Positions 58,045 through 64,000 of a DNA stretch of 64,000 nucleotides are shown here, piece by piece. Origin of the DNA: a virus (lineage: Duplodnaviria; Caudoviricetes); IMG/VR virus record IMGVR_UViG_3300028048_000040, positions 96,001 to 160,000 of that record, one strand, 5' to 3'. Positions within the stretch are counted from its first letter, which is position 1; each line of letters starts with the position of its first letter. The notes below the pieces were generated by a model, which did not search any database, was not told where the DNA came from, and saw only the letters and a program-made list of their open reading frames with translations. Made by a program: the position numbers and the translations under genes.

Positions 58045-58770
58045 ATGGCTAAGAAAAAAGCTGAACCTCAGGTTCAGAAGCTGGAACCAAATCCAGCATT
58101 AGATATTCTGGCTCTTAACTTGTTTGAAAAAACAAATGGGTCAGAAACAATGACTCCTGAACAACTTAAGGAGGCAATTAATAGAGTTGAAACTATAGTC
58201 AAACTCTATGCTAGAAGAATGTCTGAATGCACAGATGTTCAACGGTTACTTATCACAAAATGGTTTTCTGATACGACGATTAAAGAAGAAGATCGTATCA
58301 GAGTACTGGGGGTTGACCAGTACAATGAATGGTTAGCAGTTACCAAAAAAGCTGCAGAAGAATTGGCGGTAACAAAGTCGCCAGCTTCGGAAAATAACTC
58401 TGAAGCAGCAGCGACAATAGAAATGAATGGTACTGGTACCATGAAAGTGGATACCAAAGAGAAGGAGGAAACTAAAATGGCTATGTCTAAAGAAGAAATT
58501 CAGGAACTCGCAGCAGCAATGGCAGCAATGCAGCAGGGAGGCAAGGAAGAGAAGAAAGAAGACTCCAAAAAGGAGCAGGGATTCTTTGATGAGATGTGCG
58601 GCACGGTAAAAGAGGCAACCGATACCACTGTAGGTAAGGTAGCCCTTATCGCAGGCGGCGCAGCAGCAGGCATTTATCTGAAGAAGAAATTCTTCGACGA
58701 GCCAGCTGATTCCGACTGGGCGTCTGGTGAAACCCAGATCGCGTCCCAGGGAGCATCTATGTTCTTCTAA
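58045..58770 (+). CDS. Early protein with in-frame internal start at 58477 and C-terminal TM-like segment
   Basis: Early motif 57993-58008; SD AAGGAGGT; second SD AAGGAGG before ATG 58477; terminator 58786-58810. Confidence 0.75.
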   Translation: MAKKKAEPQVQKLEPNPALDILALNLFEKTNGSETMTPEQLKEAINRVETIVKLYARRMSECTDVQRLLITKWFSDTTIKEEDRIRVLGVDQYNEWLAVTKKAAEELAVTKSPASENNSEAAATIEMNGTGTMKVDTKEKEETKMAMSKEEIQELAAAMAAMQQGGKEEKKEDSKKEQGFFDEMCGTVKEATDTTVGKVALIAGGAAAGIYLKKKFFDEPADSDWASGETQIASQGASMFF

Positions 58771-58816
58771 TGACAACATTACTCAGAGGAGCACCAATTT
58801 GGTGCTCCTCATTTTT

Positions 58817-59833
58817 TTATTTTTTATTAATAGATTTCTTCATGTCATTCAGCATCTTAGTAATATAACCCTCATTGATAGGAATCATATTCAGTGTATT
58901 CAAGCATTCCAAGAATGAATACATAACTTTAGTATCATTTACTACTTTACCAAAGTTTACTTTATTATATTCAGTACTATAAGCTTCCTTTAACACATCT
59001 ACACTATGAATAGATTCTAGCATAATCTGAGTCATACTATTAAATACATTACAAGGAGATTCAAGAATAGCTCTTTCTTTTCTCTTTGCCATTCTTACTG
59101 CTTCTTGTTGCATCTGCTGAACATCTTCAGGAGAATTAGATACTATTTCTTGACTACCATCCATAGTATTCTCTGCAGCATCTAGTTCATCTATTCTTTG
59201 CTTAGCATTATCATAGATCTGCTTAATAGCATATTTATTCTTTTTATTAAAATCAATAAAGTCATCTACTGAATCTTGTACTCTATCAGCAATAATCTTA
59301 GTTACATCTTTAGGAATTGAATCTTTAATATCTACTACAAAGCTTTCAATATCATGATCTTCAATCTTATAAGCATCTTCTTCAGGAAGACCTTCTTTAA
59401 TTTTTTCTTTGGTATCTTCAAGAAGTCTATCTAGATGCTGGTCAATTGTTCTAGAGATATCAGATAAATAAATAGACTTATGAGACCATTCATTCAGTAG
59501 AGCTGGAACATTCTGCTCATTTACGAAATCATTAACAACACCTTTAGCAAGGGTTCTCTCATGAGTATTAGCAACCTGTTCATTCAATACTGGTTCTAAT
59601 ACTGAATAATAGATAGCATTAGTAAGAAGAGTCTTCTGAGCTTCTTCAGCAAAGCTTATCCAGCTATTATCAAATTTCTTTTTACCCATCCAAGCATCAT
59701 ATGCTTGTTCACCATAAGATTTAGGCTTATCTTCTTTCTTAGGATATAGATCAATAGATTGCTCCTGTAAAGACTTTAAATATTCTAATTTTACAGAGGC
59801 ATTAGATTTGGGTGCACGTTTAAAAGTATACAT
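58817..59833 (-). CDS. Hypothetical (probably virion) protein
   Basis: 338 aa, SD AAGGAGGT, late-type operon. Confidence 0.7.
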   Translation of the reverse strand: MYTFKRAPKSNASVKLEYLKSLQEQSIDLYPKKEDKPKSYGEQAYDAWMGKKKFDNSWISFAEEAQKTLLTNAIYYSVLEPVLNEQVANTHERTLAKGVVNDFVNEQNVPALLNEWSHKSIYLSDISRTIDQHLDRLLEDTKEKIKEGLPEEDAYKIEDHDIESFVVDIKDSIPKDVTKIIADRVQDSVDDFIDFNKKNKYAIKQIYDNAKQRIDELDAAENTMDGSQEIVSNSPEDVQQMQQEAVRMAKRKERAILESPCNVFNSMTQIMLESIHSVDVLKEAYSTEYNKVNFGKVVNDTKVMYSFLECLNTLNMIPINEGYITKMLNDMKKSINKK

Positions 59834-59851
59834 TATGTCTTTACCTCCTTA

Positions 59852-61084
59852 TTAGAATAATGGACCACCAGTAGAGCTCATAGCAGTATCTGGATTAGTA
59901 TTTACATCATCAATTCTATACTTTCTACTATCTGCTTTAATCTGATTGGTTGCTGCTCTTTCATTCTTATTATGATCAATAGCAATCTTATCAGCTAGTT
60001 TACGGAAAGCAGATGCGATCTTAAGCTGTCTTCTAACAACAGAAGATTTGTCTCCAACTGTTTTAATATCATTAGTACTATTTAACTGATTAGCATTCAT
60101 CTCTAATAGATCTGCTTGAATGTCTAGATAAGTAGATACTCTAGCTCTAGAAGCATAGAAATAATATACTAGGTCTTTAAGCATAGATACACATGCTAAT
60201 ACAACACCAACCATGGATACTACTGCACCTACACCTACTAATACAGTCAAAGGATCAAATCCTTTAGCTTTAGCTTTTACAAGAGGTCTAAGAGCATTCT
60301 CTACATCACCTTTGCGAGCTGCATCATTAAACTTAACTAAGCTTTCATACATAAGAGATTCTTTAACTTTAGAGATGCCTGCTTTATCAAGAGCAATATC
60401 CATACCATCATTCTTAGGAGACTTAATGTATTCAATACAAGTAGCAATCATATAAGAAATAGAAGATATAATACCAAGAACTATATTATTATACATTGCA
60501 ATACCAATAGAGATCTTGCCAGCAAAGCAAGCCATGAAAAGATCTTTATTGTATTCTACATACTGAAGAGCATTTTGTATTTCAATGATTGGTTTTGTAT
60601 CTTCTTTATACTGAGTGAAAATCTGTTTAAGAATATCAATACATTGTTCAATCTGTTCATATTTAGGAAGTCTAGTAATATCACCTTTAGTATTAGGAAT
60701 ATCACCATAATCAATCTCATCTACTTTATCAATCATCATCTGATAAAGTTTATTAGTAAGAGATACAATAAGAGCATTTTGTTCTGCTTCATCTAAAGCA
60801 AAGATAGCCATGTTAGTTTTAACGTCATGATAGTCAAAATACTCATTAACAATAGCTACAAAGCCTTCATGGAATTTAGCAGTATCATTCTTTTGAGAAA
60901 GGTCATTCATTTTTTTATAAGGTTCATATTTATTAATAACCATACCTTTGTTTTCCTCCTCCTTCTTATCTTTTTTATCATCAGAAAGTTCTGTATCATT
61001 AAAAAGATCTTCTGTATCTACATCAGGAACTACCATATTATCCTGATCTGCTATTCCAGTTTCTGAGAGTTTAAATAGTGGCAT
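59852..61084 (-). CDS. Hypothetical (probably virion) protein with hydrophobic segments
   Basis: 410 aa, SD AAGGAG. Confidence 0.7.
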   Translation of the reverse strand: MPLFKLSETGIADQDNMVVPDVDTEDLFNDTELSDDKKDKKEEENKGMVINKYEPYKKMNDLSQKNDTAKFHEGFVAIVNEYFDYHDVKTNMAIFALDEAEQNALIVSLTNKLYQMMIDKVDEIDYGDIPNTKGDITRLPKYEQIEQCIDILKQIFTQYKEDTKPIIEIQNALQYVEYNKDLFMACFAGKISIGIAMYNNIVLGIISSISYMIATCIEYIKSPKNDGMDIALDKAGISKVKESLMYESLVKFNDAARKGDVENALRPLVKAKAKGFDPLTVLVGVGAVVSMVGVVLACVSMLKDLVYYFYASRARVSTYLDIQADLLEMNANQLNSTNDIKTVGDKSSVVRRQLKIASAFRKLADKIAIDHNKNERAATNQIKADSRKYRIDDVNTNPDTAMSSTGGPLF

Positions 61085-61095
61085 AGTATCACTCC

Positions 61096-62586
61096 TTATC
61101 TCTTAGAAACCATATTGATAACTTTCTTATACATACCTGAACTTTCTTCACGTTCAAGACTCATGAAGGAATAAGTTTCAAAACTCTTACCGCCATCATC
61201 CCAAAGCATATCTACTCTTTCCATTGCTTCATCTACAATGACAGCACACATAAAACTATATCCTCTCATAATAGAAAGAAGAGTTCCTGGATTCTTAATA
61301 TCCAATCTATGATACTTCTTAATTAGATCTGCTTCTTCTTTAGAAATAACTATAGTAGCAATAGCAGAGCAAGAAGCATCATTTTTAAACACCTGTTTAT
61401 TTCTCTTAGCCTGATTAGCTCTAAGTTCTAGAAGTTTCCAAACAGAAGATGTAGAACCTTTGCCTACCTTAGACAAAGCATCTACTTTAGCTCTATCTAC
61501 AGAGAATAAGAAATCTTTAAAGAATGAAATTTCTCTAGTAGTAGCTCTAATGAAATTAAATAATCCTCTACGATCTGAATTTTTGAGCATGATCTTATTT
61601 ACCATATCTTCAGATTTAACATAGTGGATCATTGCTTTAACGCCAATAACAGCAACATTCTCTACATTATTTGTAGCAAATCCATCTCTTGTTTGACCAC
61701 TAACTGTAGTGAATCTAACAATAACAAGGGATGGCATAGCTTCATTAGCTTTTTCTACATCGGTTTTAATAATGCCTTTATTAAGCATATCGTAAGCATT
61801 TTTTATATTACTAATGCCTGGATCATTAGAATATTCTGTATTATAATTTACATCTGTTTCATAACCAGTTCTATTTCCATTATTATCATATTGATTGCGA
61901 TTATTTCTAATAACTGTATCTCTAGTAATACCAGTTCTATGAGCTGTAAACTCATTAAATACTTGCTTTACAACATAATCATTTACGGAAGTCTCGCTTA
62001 AACATTCATCAAGATAATAATGACAATTCTGTTTCAAATCTTCTTGAACAGCTTTAATTCCATCTCTAACTGCAATTTCTGTAGCAGCATTTAGATTATT
62101 AGTATTATTATATACAGTACCACCACGATAAGCATCTATAGTATCTACACCAGCAGACAAAACATCATCAATATTAGCATTAGACCAATCAAGTTTAGAA
62201 TCTAAATTATTATGAAATTGAGAAAGATAGTCATATGCATTAGTAGCAGAATCAATAGATGCGGAAGCAAATAACATTTCTAGCATACCAACACATTTTC
62301 TCTCTACTGCTTTAGAAATCATAACAGCTTGATCAAGTGGTGTAGCCTCAGTAACAATAACTGGGAATACAGCTGTTAGACCTTTTGTAGCTGTAGCAAT
62401 ATTTCTACTAATAACTTGATTAAATTTAGATCTGTCATTGATCTCAGTCATATTCTTTTTATTTTCTCGATAAAAATAGTCCCATACAGTGCTTGGATTT
62501 TTAGATGTGCCAATTTTACTGGCCATATCAATGATGTCACGAAGAAACCCTTCGTGAATAGTAGTAAAGTCTGTGTTAGAACTCAT
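61096..62586 (-). CDS. Hypothetical (probably virion) protein
   Basis: 496 aa, SD AAGGAGG; ACA-N6-TA on minus strand at 62652-62642. Confidence 0.7.
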   Translation of the reverse strand: MSSNTDFTTIHEGFLRDIIDMASKIGTSKNPSTVWDYFYRENKKNMTEINDRSKFNQVISRNIATATKGLTAVFPVIVTEATPLDQAVMISKAVERKCVGMLEMLFASASIDSATNAYDYLSQFHNNLDSKLDWSNANIDDVLSAGVDTIDAYRGGTVYNNTNNLNAATEIAVRDGIKAVQEDLKQNCHYYLDECLSETSVNDYVVKQVFNEFTAHRTGITRDTVIRNNRNQYDNNGNRTGYETDVNYNTEYSNDPGISNIKNAYDMLNKGIIKTDVEKANEAMPSLVIVRFTTVSGQTRDGFATNNVENVAVIGVKAMIHYVKSEDMVNKIMLKNSDRRGLFNFIRATTREISFFKDFLFSVDRAKVDALSKVGKGSTSSVWKLLELRANQAKRNKQVFKNDASCSAIATIVISKEEADLIKKYHRLDIKNPGTLLSIMRGYSFMCAVIVDEAMERVDMLWDDGGKSFETYSFMSLEREESSGMYKKVINMVSKR

Positions 62587-62716
62587 TGACTTACTCCTCC
62601 TTATTAATTTATTTTAGCATAATATTAATATAGTGAATACTTAATCTAATGTTTCTCAAAATAGGCTTTTAAGGACCAATTAGTAAGACAACCTGTTAAG
62701 AAAAGGGGGGAATAAG

Positions 62717-63769
62717 ATGGCAAAGACTACAATTGGAGGATATCAATACGGATCAGGAAAAGTAGAAGTAAATAGCTCAACAGAAATGAGCTCATTTAAA
62801 GATGATGGGAATATAAGACCTAAAGTATTAGAAGATCAACAACTCTTAAAACAAATGAGATCTAATAGTATATTTCAACCATCAGATATGAGATATAGAA
62901 GATCTTTTTATCCATTTAAAAGAATAGATCCATTTAATAGAGTACAAGGAACAAAAGAATATGTATTCTTTACTAAACCACGTATTCCTATAGTGAAAGA
63001 TGATACATTGCAACCTCAATTTCAAAAAATACCTTATTATAGAAATTTATGGTCTTCTGGATATGGTTATCAAGAAATCTTAAAAGACTTATCTGGTACT
63101 GGTGATATATGCCCATTTGTACAGATACTAACTAATAGAATAACTTCTAATATAGATATACCTTCAGTAAATGTAGATATGTTAGAAACAGCTCAAAATT
63201 TTTGGGGTAGTAAAATAGTTTATCCTAAAACTTCTATGTCTTCCGATGAAGGCATGGAATTTACATGTGAATTTGAAGAGACTAAATATCTAGAAATTTA
63301 TCATTTCTTCAAAGCATGGGATATGTATAGACAGATGAAATGGTGGGGAATTATTAGTCCACCAGATTATTGTATTAACCATAAAATTTTAAATGATCAT
63401 ATCGCCGTCTATAAAATTATTGTTGCTGAAGATGGTGAAAGAATATTATATTGGTGTAAATGGACTGGAGTATTCCCATCTACTATAGGAAGAGATACAT
63501 TCTCAGAAATACCAGTTGAAGGGCCATTAAAAATAACAGTAAACTTTAAAGTTAGTGGATGGTTTGAAGATATGGAACCAAATATAATTACAGACTTTAG
63601 ACAAATAGTATCTACTGGGTTAAATAGAAATTATAATAGATGGAAAATTTGGGATGATGATATTGGAGGAATAGAACAAGAGAATATGTATATGCCTTGG
63701 ATTGAACCAGCAGGTAGATTAAATGGTGAAAACTTTACTAATCTTTATTTTGAATGGTTAGAATTTTAA
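62717..63769 (+). CDS. Tail-tube-fold / baseplate tube initiator-like protein
   Basis: 'FTCEFEETKYLEIYHFFKAW', 'YWCKWTGVFPSTI', 'KITVNF' resemble the T4 gp19/gp54-type fold; ACA-N6-TA at 62688-62698. Confidence 0.55.
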   Translation: MAKTTIGGYQYGSGKVEVNSSTEMSSFKDDGNIRPKVLEDQQLLKQMRSNSIFQPSDMRYRRSFYPFKRIDPFNRVQGTKEYVFFTKPRIPIVKDDTLQPQFQKIPYYRNLWSSGYGYQEILKDLSGTGDICPFVQILTNRITSNIDIPSVNVDMLETAQNFWGSKIVYPKTSMSSDEGMEFTCEFEETKYLEIYHFFKAWDMYRQMKWWGIISPPDYCINHKILNDHIAVYKIIVAEDGERILYWCKWTGVFPSTIGRDTFSEIPVEGPLKITVNFKVSGWFEDMEPNIITDFRQIVSTGLNRNYNRWKIWDDDIGGIEQENMYMPWIEPAGRLNGENFTNLYFEWLEF

Positions 63770-63782
63770 GAGGAGGTAGAAC

Positions 63783-64000
63783 ATGGCATCTATATCAACT
63801 ACTATCCTCAATACTGATATCTATAAGATTAATCAGTTTGTAGATAGTCTTAAAGCAAGATATGTTGATATTCCAGAAGATACCCTAGTATTAGGTGTTT
63901 ATGGTTATCTATCTTCTGTTATATCTAACGCATTAGAGAATACTGCAGTGATGGCATCTGAGTATTCTAATGAAGCAATTCCTACTAAAGCAAAGTTTGA
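63783..64000 (+). CDS. Baseplate wedge subunit-like protein (partial, runs off the window)
   Basis: SD GAGGAGGT; MASISTTILNTDIYKIN...LGVYGYLSSVIS...NEAIPTKAKF resembles a gp6-type N-terminus. Confidence 0.55.
   Translation, partial: MASISTTILNTDIYKINQFVDSLKARYVDIPEDTLVLGVYGYLSSVISNALENTAVMASEYSNEAIPTKAKF

Noticed and set aside
1-64000. Stop-codon reassignment
   Set aside because: Genes tile densely under the standard code and TAA, TGA and TAG all end plausible ORFs.

Overview
AT-rich (roughly 30% GC by eye), densely coding segment of a jumbo myophage that encodes its own multisubunit RNA polymerase (AR9/PBS1/phiKZ-like strategy). It carries baseplate/tail structural genes, five modular tail-fibre paralogues, PhoH, a complete Fe-siderophore ABC importer with a beta-barrel porin, an amidase, an RNAP beta-like subunit, a ThyX-like enzyme, a ~4,500-aa tape-measure-like protein with five hydrolase domains and a RusA-like resolvase. 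The porin and amidase types suggest a diderm Firmicute (Negativicutes) host, which is inference. Two promoter-like motifs can be read from the intergenic DNA: TATAYTAT-N5-TGA (14 copies, early-type) and AC(A/T)-N6-TA (AR9 late-type). The top candidate novel system is at 23.5-25.85 kb. Three terminator-insulated paralogous lectin-like (DUF6273-like) cassettes are each preceded by the same 34-bp palindrome, and only the central 2 bp differ (CA, CA, TG). That dinucleotide sets which way an embedded ACA-N6-TA promoter points, so one cassette is predicted ON and two OFF: a putative 2-bp micro-inversion phase-variation switch. The window also holds several promoter-to-terminator small RNA candidates and 3' UTR arrays of anti-Shine-Dalgarno sequences, one of them complementary to the thyX-operon initiation regions. 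All calls are from motif reading by eye; no searches were run.
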